A stretch of DNA of 35,039 nucleotides from positions 1 to 35,039 of the forward strand of contig CAZVLW010000003.1 in NCBI GenBank assembly GCA_964628705.1, in the 5' to 3' direction. A program made the position numbers and the translations under genes. The notes beneath the pieces are model-generated. The model ran no database searches. It was not told the DNA's origin and saw only the letters and a list, made by a program, of their open reading frames with translations. Below, piece after piece: positions 20,304 to 30,791 of the stretch. This DNA is from an uncultured Gammaproteobacteria bacterium. Its GTDB lineage: Bacteria; Patescibacteriota; Patescibacteriia; UBA2196; GWA2-42-15. Position 1 is the stretch's first letter. Every line of letters begins with the position of its first letter.

Positions 20304-23089
20304 GGGCAAGGGTCATTTCTGCCAACTTTTTCCTTTTTTTCTACTGGAGCAGAATGAGATTGAACCATAGTTGAACTAACTGCCCCCTGTTGGGTTGGCT
20401 TAGCTAAATTGGACGTATTATCAGACTTGACATAATCCTGTATTTTGGACGCTTTATCCGAACTTTTATCTGCACCCTTAAATTGCAGATTATCTTGTCT
20501 TTGACCTTGAGACTGCATAACACCTGAAATCTTGAAAATACTATACGCCACTTGTTTTTGAATATTATTCTGCAATTGAATAAACATTTGATAAGCTTCT
20601 CTTTTATACTCAATCAAAGGATCTTTTTGGCCATATCCCCTTAAACCAATCCCGGTTCGTAGATGATCCATGGCATCAATATGCTCTACCCATAGCATAT
20701 CAATAGCTCTAAGTAAAATCATTTTTTCAACCTCATGTATTGGCTGAAGGTTACCTTGCATCTCTATTTCAGAATGGCCATTAATTTCTTCTTCTAAACG
20801 ATCATAAGTTTGATACGCTAAATCAATTAAATAACTAATCAATTTACTGCGCGCAGCCGCATCAGCCCGCTTATCACCAGCAGTTTTGTGAATATCATCC
20901 ATCTTCAATCTAACCTCTAAAGGCAGGGAGAAAATAGTATCTACCACCTCATAAATTTCATCTATATTCCATTCTTCTTCCTGCTCTTGTTGGGTATGGA
21001 AACTGACTACTGCTTCAATTTCAGATTCTACCATATCCATAATTATATCTCTAAAATTATCCATCTCTTCAGAATTGTCTGATTTTACCTTAGCCGACTT
21101 GGGATAAGCATTGGCCTTACCTTTTTTCAACTTTTCATAAACATCCAAAATGCGAACACGCCTGCGATATATTGTTTCACGATGCTTATTGATAACATTA
21201 TCATACTCCAATAAATGCTTTCTAATGTCAAAATTATGCCCCTCAACTTTTTTTTGAGCTGACTCAAGCGCACGGCTAATCATCTTGTGTTCAATCGGCA
21301 CGTCATCCGGCAAACGTAAAGTTTGCATCATACCTTTTATCCTATCTGAAGCAAATACTCGCATTAAATCATCTTCTAATGAAACAAAAAAACGTGACTC
21401 TCCTGAATCACCTTGACGCCCTGATCGGCCTCGCAATTGGTTATCTATACGCCGTGACTCGTGCCTTTCAGTGCCAACCACATACAATCCACCCAATTGT
21501 TTAACTTTCTCTTTTTCTTTTTCACCAGCGCCTTCTCCGCCCAATTTAATATCCACACCACGACCCGCCATATTAGTTGCTAAAGTAACCGCATGTCTCT
21601 TACCTGCTTCAGCTATAATAGTCGCCTCTCTAAGATGATTTTTAGCATTTAAAACATTATGAGGTATACCGTTCTGCTCCAACATATGTGAAAGTAACTC
21701 ATTTTTCTCAATAGAAATAGTTCCCAACAAAACCGGCTGGCCTGACTCATAGCGTTTTTTAACATCTTCAATAACTGCCTTAAATTTAGCTTGATCTGTT
21801 TTATAAATCAAATCACCCCTATCTTGCCGAACTACCGGTTTGTTGGTGGGAATTTCAATTACATCTAAATTGTAAATTTTGGAAAATTCCTCTGCTTCAG
21901 TTGCCGCTGTACCCGTCATACCAGCCAACTTATCATAAGTTCTAAACAAATTTTGAAAAGTAATAGTGGCCATAGTAACTGACTCCTGTTTAATCTCCAC
22001 CCCCTCTTTAGCTTCTATGGCTTGGTGTAGCCCTTCTGAATATCGCCTGCCATACATTAATCGTCCAGTAAACTCATCAACGATAATTATTTCTCCGTCT
22101 TTGATAACATAATCCTTATCCCGCTGAAATAAAGCGTGTGCCTTTAAAGCTTGTTCTATATGATGCACGTCGCTGAGTCCCCCTTTAGTATAAATATTTT
22201 CCACACCCAACCATTCTTCCATTTTCTGAATACCCCCTTCAGTCAAGGTAGCTGCTCTCATTTTTTCATCAATATTATAATCCTGACCTTCTTTTAAACG
22301 TGGGATCAAATGAGCAAACTTTTGATATTTATCAGTCACCCCTTGGCTGGGAGAAGAAATAATCAACGGAGTTCTCGCTTCATCAATTAAAATAGAATCA
22401 ATTTCATCAATAATGGCATAGTTAAATCCACGCTGCACCTTCTGCTCTTTATCTTGAACCATATTATCGCGTAAATAATCAAAACCAAACTCGTTGTTTG
22501 TGCCATAAGTAATATCACACAAATAGGCATCTTTCCTATTGGCTGGCTTCAATCTCTTCAAGCTTTCATCATTAAATTCTTCATTTTCATAATCTTCATC
22601 ATAAATATAAGCAGCATCATGGACTATCGCTCCCACTGATAAACCAAGGGCATGATAGACTGCGCCAATCCAAGCCGCGTCTCTACGAGAGAGGTAATCA
22701 TTCACCGTCACAATATGCACCCCCTTGCCCGGCAAAGCATTTAACACCGCTGCCGGCGAAACAGCATAAGAAGTTTTTCCCTCACCTGTTTTCATTTCAG
22801 CTATTTTACCTTGATGCATTACGTATGCGCCTATCATCTGCACATCAAAATGACCTGATCCCATCTTTCTTTTAGCCGCCTCTCTGGTAGCAGCAAAAAC
22901 ATAACTCAATAAATCATCTAAACTTTTACCCTTAGCCAGCTCATCTCTCCAATGCGAAACCAAACCATTTAACTGGCCAATATTCATCTGCTTATATTTA
23001 TCAACCAAATCATTAATTTCATCTAATACAGGCTGAATTTTTTTTACATATTTTTTATTTGGATCACCAAAAAATTTATCCAAAAACAT
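20261..23089 (-). CDS. secA: Preprotein translocase ATPase SecA
   Basis: [38 protein letters not shown]-terminal [19 protein letters not shown]. Confidence 0.99.
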   Translation of the reverse strand: MFLDKFFGDPNKKYVKKIQPVLDEINDLVDKYKQMNIGQLNGLVSHWRDELAKGKSLDDLLSYVFAATREAAKRKMGSGHFDVQMIGAYVMHQGKIAEMKTGEGKTSYAVSPAAVLNALPGKGVHIVTVNDYLSRRDAAWIGAVYHALGLSVGAIVHDAAYIYDEDYENEEFNDESLKRLKPANRKDAYLCDITYGTNNEFGFDYLRDNMVQDKEQKVQRGFNYAIIDEIDSILIDEARTPLIISSPSQGVTDKYQKFAHLIPRLKEGQDYNIDEKMRAATLTEGGIQKMEEWLGVENIYTKGGLSDVHHIEQALKAHALFQRDKDYVIKDGEIIIVDEFTGRLMYGRRYSEGLHQAIEAKEGVEIKQESVTMATITFQNLFRTYDKLAGMTGTAATEAEEFSKIYNLDVIEIPTNKPVVRQDRGDLIYKTDQAKFKAVIEDVKKRYESGQPVLLGTISIEKNELLSHMLEQNGIPHNVLNAKNHLREATIIAEAGKRHAVTLATNMAGRGVDIKLGGEGAGEKEKEKVKQLGGLYVVGTERHESRRIDNQLRGRSGRQGDSGESRFFVSLEDDLMRVFASDRIKGMMQTLRLPDDVPIEHKMISRALESAQKKVEGHNFDIRKHLLEYDNVINKHRETIYRRRVRILDVYEKLKKGKANAYPKSAKVKSDNSEEMDNFRDIIMDMVESEIEAVVSFHTQQEQEEEWNIDEIYEVVDTIFSLPLEVRLKMDDIHKTAGDKRADAAARSKLISYLIDLAYQTYDRLEEEINGHSEIEMQGNLQPIHEVEKMILLRAIDMLWVEHIDAMDHLRTGIGLRGYGQKDPLIEYKREAYQMFIQLQNNIQKQVAYSIFKISGVMQSQGQRQDNLQFKGADKSSDKASKIQDYVKSDNTSNLAKPTQQGAVSSTMVQSHSAPVEKKEKVGRNDPCPCGSGKKYKKCHGA

Positions 23090-23370
23090 AGTCAAAAATA
23101 AAACTTAAATATTAAAAATAAATACACATTCAACACAAAATAAACCGATGACAGGTTAAATAGTTTTATGATTTACCTAAGCCCATCAAAACATAAAACC
23201 GCTTTAATTATTCATCTCACAAATAACATTTTAAAAAAATCTTTATGCTCCACACTTGATATCAATTAGTATCTCCAGCTTACCATTATTTACCCTAAAA
23301 ATCAAATCTAAATCATCCTCAAAGCTAATAACAAAATAACTTAACTGGTTTTAAAAATAAGGTATTATAA

Positions 23371-23398
23371 AACAAAAGAGGCCCCTCATTCAGGGACC
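23371..23398 (-). terminator. Terminator-like hairpin at the end of the prs fragment
   Basis: Minus strand GGTCCCT-GAATG-AGGGGCC followed by TCTTTTGTT. Confidence 0.55.
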
Positions 23399-23649
23399 AA
23401 AATTACTATCCGGCTGTTGAGTAGAGGATATGATAAATACTTTCCTATTGCGCAAATTCTGTTGGAACTGAAACGCCCTTTCCCCATCAGAAAACTCAAT
23501 CACTTTTGGAGGGCTATAAGACACTCCTAATTTATCGCACACTTTTAAAATAAACTGTTTTTTATTGGGAGTTGACGTTATAACTAAAGGCCAAAAGCTT
23601 TTTATAATTCTTTTTTAAAAGCATTTGACAACTTACCATTCAACTTCAT
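23390..23649 (-). pseudogene. prs: Truncated, frameshifted ribose-phosphate pyrophosphokinase (N-terminal ~85 aa)
   Basis: AAGGAGG SD plus ATG 23649; after a frameshift in an A6 run it reads VCDKLGVSYSPPKVIEFSDGERAFQFQQNLRNRKVFIISSTQQPDSNF, matching the FxDGE...R.xxVFII.ST..P..N pattern of PRPP synthetase. Confidence 0.75.
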
Positions 23650-23685
23650 ATCAGCCTCCTTAATGTTTTATTTTTATTTTTATTT

Positions 23686-25089
23686 TTACATCTCATCAAT
23701 TAATAAATCTACATCACCTGCTCCCATTGTTATTACAACATCCCCCTTGTTTGTATTTTGTTTTAAATAATCTCTTATTTTTTTATAGTTATCTTTTTTA
23801 TCGCTCTCATAATGACTGCCTATAAATAATGCCTTATTTTCACGCTGGTAATTAACATTAATTTTTTCAACTATATCTCGGCTACTAATATCCCACTTAT
23901 TTTCTTCCCGCGCAGGATAAATTGGAGCTAAAATCAAATTCGGGGCTTTATTTAAAACAGTTACAAAATCATCTAAAAAATCATAAGTACGTGAATATAA
24001 ATGCGGTTGATAAACTAACCACCAATTTCGTCCTTTAAATTTTTGCTGGGCTAACTCTAAAGTAGCTTTAATTTCAGTCGGATGGTGGGCATAATCATCA
24101 TAAAAAACCAAACCCGACTTAATACCTCTTTGCTCAAATCTTCTCCAAATACTTTCAAACGAACTTAAAGCTCGCTGAATAGCTTCCACATTAATGCCCG
24201 CAAGAGCCGCACTGGCAATAGCTGATAAAGCATTATAAACATTAAATTTGCCTGCTATTTGTAATTCAATCTGCTGATTATCATAAGCGCGCCAAGCTCG
24301 CGCTGTTTTTAATGTAAAATAAATTTTATCACTTTGTTGAATATCAACTGCCATAAAATCGGCTTGCTTTTCAAGCCCAAAGGAAAGTTTTCTACCCTGA
24401 TAACTGTTTGCTACTTTTTCAGCATGTCTGCTATCAGCATTAAAGACTAAATATCCACCTTGTTGTATTTGAGTGCTAAATTGCTTAAAACTTCTTAATA
24501 CACCATTAAGATTTTTAAAATAATCTAAATGTTCTGCTTCAATATTAGTGACTACCCCCATCCAAGGATAAAAATTTAAAAAATTATCTTTATATTCACA
24601 AGCTTCGCTGATAAAATATTCACTCTTGCCTATCCTTAAGTTGCCCTGCCATTCTTTGACTTGCGAACCTATAAAAACCGTTGGGTCAAGTTTTGCCCGC
24701 TCAAAAATTCTACCGATCATAGCTGTCGTGGTGCTCTTGCCGTGCATACCTGAAATAGCTATGCTTTTTTTATTTTGGCTTAACATACCCAACACCTCAA
24801 AAACAGTTAATACAGGAATGCCCAATTTATACGCCTTGCTCAACTCTTCATTATTTTTATCTATGGCAGTTGTATAAATCACTAAATCATAATCCTTTGT
24901 AATATGTTTAGCACTGTGCCCATAAAAAACTTTTAACCGATTAGACAGCTGTTGGGTAATTTCCGTTTTATCCCTATCAGAACCAGCCACCGCTTTGCCT
25001 TGAGCGGCAAAATATTTAGCCAAAGCACTCATCATTATCCCCCCGATGCCAATAAAATATATATCATTAACTTTTGTTAAATTCAACAT
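23686..25089 (-). CDS. murC: UDP-N-acetylmuramate--L-alanine ligase
   Basis: FIGIGGIMMSALA, GMHGKSTTT, TNIEAEHLD, DDYAHHPTE, QPHLYSRT. Confidence 0.97.
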   Translation of the reverse strand: MLNLTKVNDIYFIGIGGIMMSALAKYFAAQGKAVAGSDRDKTEITQQLSNRLKVFYGHSAKHITKDYDLVIYTTAIDKNNEELSKAYKLGIPVLTVFEVLGMLSQNKKSIAISGMHGKSTTTAMIGRIFERAKLDPTVFIGSQVKEWQGNLRIGKSEYFISEACEYKDNFLNFYPWMGVVTNIEAEHLDYFKNLNGVLRSFKQFSTQIQQGGYLVFNADSRHAEKVANSYQGRKLSFGLEKQADFMAVDIQQSDKIYFTLKTARAWRAYDNQQIELQIAGKFNVYNALSAIASAALAGINVEAIQRALSSFESIWRRFEQRGIKSGLVFYDDYAHHPTEIKATLELAQQKFKGRNWWLVYQPHLYSRTYDFLDDFVTVLNKAPNLILAPIYPAREENKWDISSRDIVEKINVNYQRENKALFIGSHYESDKKDNYKKIRDYLKQNTNKGDVVITMGAGDVDLLIDEM

Positions 25090-25197
25090 AAAAAAATAAA
25101 TCAACTCTATAATTTAATAATTTTATGGTTTGCTATGTAGCCATTAAACCATAGGGGCATATTTTAAATTAAATATAAATTATTATTAACCACCAAT

Positions 25198-26274
25198 CTA
25201 CTCAGCCATCTCCAAAACCATTTCAGCTATCTTGGATTCAGCCCCCCACTTCATAATTAAATGAATTTCTTTGGTAAATTGATGTCTCTTTTTAGTATCT
25301 GCTATAAGTTGTTTCAACTTTTCAGCAAATATCTCGCCATGTAATTCACTTTGATCCAAAATCATTCCAGCCCTGTGTTTAAAAAAATATGCCGCGTTAT
25401 CTTCTTGGTGCGAATCGGGGATGGGTATAATTATTGAAGGTTTTGATAAATAAGCTACTTCCGTCAACGCCCCCATACCGGCTCTAGTTACTACCACATC
25501 AACTAAATGCAATAAACTGGTAGTATCTTTTACAAAATCAAAATGCTTATAATTTACGTACCCCGAAACAGAACTTGTGTCTAAAAACTTATGTTTACCA
25601 GTAATATGTACAACTTGGCAAATATCTGCCAAATAAGGCAAAGCTTGAATTACTATTTGATTTAGCTTAAGCGCACCAGTCCCTCCACCCATCACTAAAA
25701 CTATAGGTAAATGATCACCCAATGCCAACTCTTTCTTAACCCGCTCTAAGCTATCTTGGTCTGGATACTTAATAGCTTGACGCACAGGGTTGCCAACTAC
25801 TAAACTTTTATTTGTTTTAAATTTTACCAAGCTTTCCTTAAAGCACAATGTTGTTTTATGTGCCACAAGAGCGCACAACCGATTAGCTAAACCAACTCTC
25901 ACGTCTTGCTGATGGATTAAACCAGGCACTCCTAACATAGCCCCTGCCCAAACTACTGGCACAGCCACATAACTGCCAGCTGATACAATAACTTTCGGCC
26001 TCAATTTAATAATCAAATAAATGGCTTCAAAAAAAGCTACCATAATATAAAAAATATCAAAAAAATTTTGCCAACTAAAATAACGGCGCAATTTACCGCT
26101 ATGCACTCCATAAAAATCCATATTATAATCTTTTACTATCTCCTTTTCTGGGCCATTCAAAGTTCCTACAAAGATATATTCAAAATCAGGCCGTCTATCT
26201 TTTAATTCTTCAGCTACAGCCATGAGTGGAACTACTGAACCAAGCGTACCGCCTCCGCAAAATAATATTTTCAT
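25198..26274 (-). CDS. murG: Lipid II GlcNAc transferase MurG
   Basis: GGGTLGSV.P, HQQD, GNPVR, GGGTGA, TRAG, HQEDNA. Confidence 0.95.
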   Translation of the reverse strand: MKILFCGGGTLGSVVPLMAVAEELKDRRPDFEYIFVGTLNGPEKEIVKDYNMDFYGVHSGKLRRYFSWQNFFDIFYIMVAFFEAIYLIIKLRPKVIVSAGSYVAVPVVWAGAMLGVPGLIHQQDVRVGLANRLCALVAHKTTLCFKESLVKFKTNKSLVVGNPVRQAIKYPDQDSLERVKKELALGDHLPIVLVMGGGTGALKLNQIVIQALPYLADICQVVHITGKHKFLDTSSVSGYVNYKHFDFVKDTTSLLHLVDVVVTRAGMGALTEVAYLSKPSIIIPIPDSHQEDNAAYFFKHRAGMILDQSELHGEIFAEKLKQLIADTKKRHQFTKEIHLIMKWGAESKIAEMVLEMAE

Positions 26275-26284
26275 AAAAAAATAA

Positions 26285-27394
26285 TTAATTAGCAAACTTA
26301 CTATATTTAGAAATATTAACCACTACTCCTATAGCCGCCATACTAATCATTAAAGCTGTTCCTCCATAACTTACCAAAGGCAAAGGTAGCCCGGTTAAGG
26401 GAAATAAATTTAACATAGCGCCCACATTCACCATAAACTGTCCACCAAACCAAATAGCTACTCCGCTAACTACTAAATACCCGTAAAAATCATCTATCCC
26501 GCTGGCTATCTTCAACATACGGTAAATCATAAATAAAAACAAAAGTATAAACACTGTAACTACGACAAAACCCAACTCTTCAGCAATCACAGCGAAAATA
26601 GAATCCCCCATCACTTCTGGTAAATATTGATATTTTTGCTTTGAATCTCCCAATCCCTGACCAAGCCAGCCGCCTGAGCCAATAGCTAATAAAGCTTGGT
26701 TGATATGATATCCAATATCTTGAGGATCCACGCCGGGATCTAAAAAAGAAATTAATCTCTGCAAACGGTAATCAGCTACTTGAATCAAGCCCCACAGAGA
26801 AATTCCAGCGGCTAAAAAGATATATGCTAAATGACTCCATTTTGCCCCAGCTAAATAATACATACCAATAGCTATAATAAGTATTACAGACAAAGTCCCG
26901 ATGTCAGGTTGAAGTATAATTAATAGACCCACTATAACAAGGTAAATTACAAAAGGCAAAAGGCCATAAGCCAGACTGCTTATTTTCTCTCTATGGCGGG
27001 TAAACCTTGAAGCTAAGAAAAAAATCATAAATAATTTTACAATCTCAGCCGGCTGAAATGATTTACCAAACAACACAACCCAAGAGGTTGAACCAGTATT
27101 ACGATTGGTGCCCAAACCCGGTATAAACACCGCCGTCAATAATATAACGGACAGTATTAAAAATAAAGCACCGAATTTTTTATAAAAATTATAGTTAATC
27201 TTTGAGAATAAAAAAAATAAAACTAAACCCGGCAAAAAACCGAACAACAACTGATGCTTAACAAACCAATAACTATCTTGCCAGTTTATAAAACCCTCCA
27301 CCGAGCTAGCCGAAGACAGCATAATTAGCCCAAATAAAACAATTATGCCAAAAACCACTATTAAACTATAATCCGCTTCATGTTTAACTCGCAT
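26285..27394 (-). CDS. ftsW: SEDS peptidoglycan polymerase FtsW
   Basis: FQPAEIVK, QPDIGT, YLPEVMGDSIFAVIAEELG, PLTGLPLPLVSYGG; adjacent to murG-murC. Confidence 0.95.
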   Translation of the reverse strand: MRVKHEADYSLIVVFGIIVLFGLIMLSSASSVEGFINWQDSYWFVKHQLLFGFLPGLVLFFLFSKINYNFYKKFGALFLILSVILLTAVFIPGLGTNRNTGSTSWVVLFGKSFQPAEIVKLFMIFFLASRFTRHREKISSLAYGLLPFVIYLVIVGLLIILQPDIGTLSVILIIAIGMYYLAGAKWSHLAYIFLAAGISLWGLIQVADYRLQRLISFLDPGVDPQDIGYHINQALLAIGSGGWLGQGLGDSKQKYQYLPEVMGDSIFAVIAEELGFVVVTVFILLFLFMIYRMLKIASGIDDFYGYLVVSGVAIWFGGQFMVNVGAMLNLFPLTGLPLPLVSYGGTALMISMAAIGVVVNISKYSKFAN

Positions 27395-27424
27395 ATATCA
27401 TTATTTTAGCAAAGTTAATTAAAT

Positions 27425-27450
27425 ATTCAAAAAGCCGTCCAGGACGGCTT
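27425..27450 (-). terminator. Intrinsic terminator
   Basis: AAGCCGTC-CAG-GACGGCTT hairpin with a T-run on the minus strand, just after the stop of 27460..27840. Confidence 0.65.
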
Positions 27451-27459
27451 GATTTTTAT

Positions 27460-27840
27460 TTATCTTTTCAATTTTAACTTAGCCAATACGCTTTGCTGGA
27501 TATCCTCTTTTAACTCAAAATCAAAACCACGATAAAATAATTGCCTTAATAGTTCGTTATCCCTGCATACACAAAACTGGCTAAAACCAAATAAATCAGT
27601 TTGAGTCATACCCTTTTCATAAGCTAACAATAAATCAATAAAATTTTTTGCTGCCCGATTAGCACTTTTTATAGCTTTCATCTTAAGCACCAATTTCTTG
27701 TTACCTAACCGACTTTCACGCCAACCCAAACCGACTAACTTAGTCACAGACTGGTTAGTTATAATAAAATTTACTTCCTTCAAACATTTTTTGACTATTA
27801 ACCCATCACTTATATCACTATAAGATATTTGATTATTCAC
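27460..27840 (-). CDS. Hypothetical protein
   Basis: 126-aa ORF overlapping the upstream stop by 8 bp. Confidence 0.65.
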   Translation of the reverse strand: MNNQISYSDISDGLIVKKCLKEVNFIITNQSVTKLVGLGWRESRLGNKKLVLKMKAIKSANRAAKNFIDLLLAYEKGMTQTDLFGFSQFCVCRDNELLRQLFYRGFDFELKEDIQQSVLAKLKLKR

Positions 27841-28189
27841 TTTTGACCTCCTCTTTATTTATTTTTACATTTAATTTTCGTAAATCTTCCAATATTTCTT
27901 GAGGGACCGGCACTTTTTCCCCCGCTTCAGTTTCTCCCGGATAACGCCATGCTGAAATCATCTTAATTTTATCACTGCCAATTTGATACATAATCCAAAT
28001 TTCATATTTTTTCTTACCACCAGCTCGCTGCATAGCAGCTATTGTCTTTGGGGCAATCCCCTTCTCAACCCTTTCCGGATGGCGCAAAACACGCTTAACT
28101 CGCTGTTTAGAAAGTTGATAATATTTCATTTTTTTTAAAATATGACGGGTCCAAAAAAACTTTTTTATTTTGCTCTTTAACTCAATCAT
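27833..28189 (-). CDS. Conserved hypothetical protein, DUF4258-like pattern
   Basis: WT.H...KM...LS...VKRVL..P...IWIMYQ...ISAWRYPG. Confidence 0.7.
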   Translation of the reverse strand: MIELKSKIKKFFWTRHILKKMKYYQLSKQRVKRVLRHPERVEKGIAPKTIAAMQRAGGKKKYEIWIMYQIGSDKIKMISAWRYPGETEAGEKVPVPQEILEDLRKLNVKINKEEVKSE

Positions 28190-28195
28190 ATCTTT

Positions 28196-28420
28196 TTATA
28201 ATTTTTGCTCTCTTAATTTCTGACCAAAGTTGCTTCTATTCCAAACTCTCTCATGAATGTAGAAAAAAGCAAATTTAATCAGCTGTATTACTGCCGCATG
28301 CCAGGCCGCCGATCTCCAATCATCGCCAATTAAAACTAAAAGTATCCAGGTCACACTAAAAGCTACAACCAACCAAGTTAACGATTTTAGAGTTGTTCTT
28401 AAATGAAGTTCATGAAACAT
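28196..28420 (-). CDS. DUF2061-family small membrane protein
   Basis: E...RT..KS.TW ... FYIHERVWN...G pattern with two hydrophobic segments. Confidence 0.8.
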   Translation of the reverse strand: MFHELHLRTTLKSLTWLVVAFSVTWILLVLIGDDWRSAAWHAAVIQLIKFAFFYIHERVWNRSNFGQKLREQKL

Positions 28421-28889
28421 ATTTTTTCCTATAAACTAAAAATAAATAAATAATAACTATTGTTAAACCAATAATTAAACCAAAATACAAACCTTTTTCA
28501 GTAACCATCTCTCCCCCGCTTAAAAATTTAAGCCATAAGTTATCATTTAACCACGGCAGCTTATCAGGTATAAAATCAGCTCTCTGAATAGCTCTTGAGG
28601 GGTTCAAAAATGGCTGTAATAAATAGTATGCAAAATCTTCCGCACCACTAACCATTATTATCATCAAACTCACAAAAAAATGCCAGGCTCTGCTAATAAT
28701 TGATATAACTAAAATATTTAACACCGCAAAAGTCCAAAAACCATATAAATATGCCTTAGTTGCACTTTCTATATATCCTCCTTTATAATATGGCACCAAA
28801 CCATAATCATGCAACCAAATATCAAAAACTGCCCAAACAACAACAGTTAAGCCAATCATGGCTAATATTTTAAATATTTTATTTATCAT
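28410..28889 (-). CDS. Hypothetical membrane protein
   Basis: About four hydrophobic segments; GAEDFAYY and LPWL motifs. Confidence 0.75.
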   Translation of the reverse strand: MINKIFKILAMIGLTVVVWAVFDIWLHDYGLVPYYKGGYIESATKAYLYGFWTFAVLNILVISIISRAWHFFVSLMIIMVSGAEDFAYYLLQPFLNPSRAIQRADFIPDKLPWLNDNLWLKFLSGGEMVTEKGLYFGLIIGLTIVIIYLFLVYRKKYVS

Positions 28890-28903
28890 CAGCTAATTTA
28901 AAG

Positions 28904-29158
28904 CTAATTAATATTTTCTTTTTTTAATAATTTTTCAAGATAATCCTTAATCTCAATATTATTACTCTCTCCATTTTCCGGATCAGGATCAGGAAAAATT
29001 TTTCTTTTGGGGATATAAATATCCCGATTGCCATCCTTAACTATAAAATGCTCTTGATCGCTTGTATAATCAAGACCATAAGCTGCAAATTGCTGACCAA
29101 TCTCCTTAATCTCCTTTTGGTTTAGCTTATTAGGTATAAATTTTTCTTTTTCACGCAT
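28904..29158 (-). CDS. Hypothetical protein
   Basis: 84-aa ORF tightly packed downstream of aspS. Confidence 0.6.
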   Translation of the reverse strand: MREKEKFIPNKLNQKEIKEIGQQFAAYGLDYTSDQEHFIVKDGNRDIYIPKRKIFPDPDPENGESNNIEIKDYLEKLLKKENIN

Positions 29159-29182
29159 ATTTTTACATTAACTAATAATTTA

Positions 29183-30604
29183 TTATTTTTTAACTATTTT
29201 TAAACCCAACTCATCAAGCTGCTCGCTGCTAACCTCACTCGGCGCATCCATCATTGGGTCGTGCGCATCAGAAGTTAGTGGAAAAGCTATAATCTCACGG
29301 ATACTATCTTCCCCTTGCAAAATTGACAACAATCTGTCAAATCCCGGGGCAATGCCGCCATGCGGTGGCACACCATATTTAAAAGCTTCCAGTAAATGCT
29401 TAAATTGCTCCTTTTGATCACTGTCAAAACCAATTAAATCAAAAACTTTTTCCTGGATTTCAACATCATAAATTCTCAAAGCGCCACCCCCGACTTCTAC
29501 CCCGTTAAGTACTAAATCATGTTGATACGATTTAACTTTATCCGGTTGACTATCTAATAATTCTAAATCTTCATCCTTAGGACGGGTAAACATATTGTGT
29601 GAAGGAGCCCACTTACCACTGGTGCCGACAAATTGTTCGTCTTCCTTGCGCTGATCAACTAATAACGGAAAGTCCACCACAAATGCAAAAGCCAATTCAT
29701 TTTTATCCTCCTTATTTTTTCTCAAATCGGGTTTATCAGTGCCATACTTTTCCATCACCTCACTCCATGTAAGACAAGGCCATTTATCAAAAGTCATTTT
29801 CTTTTCCGGCCATAATTTTTTAACCATGGTGGTAAACATCTCCTCAACTAAATTCAAAATATCTTCTTGGCTTACAAAGCTCATTTCCATATCAATCTGA
29901 TAAAACTCTCCGGGGCTTCGGTCTGCCCGAGCATCCTCGTCTCGGAAACACGGCGCAATCTGAAAATACCGCTCCATACCGGCTACCATCAATAACTGCT
30001 TATATTGCTGCGGTGCTTGTGGCAAAGCAAAAAACTTACCAGGAAACTTGCGGCTTGGGACCAAATAATCCCTAGCCCCTTCAGGGGTCGATTTGGACAA
30101 AATTGGTGTATGAATTTCTGTAAAATCTTTGTCATGCAAGTAATTTCTCACAAACTGCATCATTTCCGAACGTTTCACCATATTTTCATGCATACGTTCG
30201 TGCCGTAAGTCCAAGTAACGGTACTTCAAACGCAGTTCTTCATTTGCCTGCCGATCCTCGTTTTCTATCTCAAACGGAGGAGTTTCAGCTTTAGTTAAAA
30301 TATTAATTTTTTTTGCCAAAATTTCAATATTGCCAGTTTTCATATCAGCATTTTTCTGCTTCTCTCCTCGCTCTTGGACCACACCCTCCAACTCAAGCAC
30401 ATATTCAGCCCTCACATTTTTTAACTGCTCATTTGAAACCTCATCTAATTCAGCAGGTAAACAAACTACCTGCACAACACCCCACCTATCTCGCATATCC
30501 AAAAATACAATCTTACCCATATTGCGCCTCACATGCACCCAGCCATTAAGTTTTACCTTCTGCCCTATTTTATTAACAATTTCAATAGAAATAGTTCTTT
30601 GCAT
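29183..30604 (-). CDS. aspS: Aspartate--tRNA ligase, bacterial type lacking the GAD insertion domain
   Basis: OB-fold N-terminus, TPEGARDYLVP, QIAPCFRDED.RADR, PPHGGIAPGFDR; start ATG 30604 (MQRT). Confidence 0.97.
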   Translation of the reverse strand: MQRTISIEIVNKIGQKVKLNGWVHVRRNMGKIVFLDMRDRWGVVQVVCLPAELDEVSNEQLKNVRAEYVLELEGVVQERGEKQKNADMKTGNIEILAKKINILTKAETPPFEIENEDRQANEELRLKYRYLDLRHERMHENMVKRSEMMQFVRNYLHDKDFTEIHTPILSKSTPEGARDYLVPSRKFPGKFFALPQAPQQYKQLLMVAGMERYFQIAPCFRDEDARADRSPGEFYQIDMEMSFVSQEDILNLVEEMFTTMVKKLWPEKKMTFDKWPCLTWSEVMEKYGTDKPDLRKNKEDKNELAFAFVVDFPLLVDQRKEDEQFVGTSGKWAPSHNMFTRPKDEDLELLDSQPDKVKSYQHDLVLNGVEVGGGALRIYDVEIQEKVFDLIGFDSDQKEQFKHLLEAFKYGVPPHGGIAPGFDRLLSILQGEDSIREIIAFPLTSDAHDPMMDAPSEVSSEQLDELGLKIVKK

Positions 30605-30630
30605 ATAAATCATCAATTTAATGGTTAATT
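30555..30630. repeat. Direct repeat copy A (aspS start region)
   Basis: 71/76 identical to 34795-34870. Confidence 0.93.
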
Positions 30631-30791
30631 GACTTTTAACATAATATTTATTTATGACTTAAATATTTTTATTTAAATATATGACCAGTTTTAAAATAAA
30701 TTATAACAAACAACACTCTGTAAAAACAACTCTTTAAAGCTCAAATATAATAACAAGCCAAGCTTATTATAAAAAACAAAAAACTAAATAA

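Noticed and set aside
20088-20374. Track ORFs 20088..20309 (-) and 20093..20374 (+) as real genes
   Set aside because: They are by-products of the duplication and GC-rich insert and overlap secA in other frames.
23242-23341. Start-less frame YFVISFEDDLDLIFRVNNGKLEILIDI resembling a RelE/HigB C-terminus
   Set aside because: About 30 residues without a start or partner; cannot be supported without a search.
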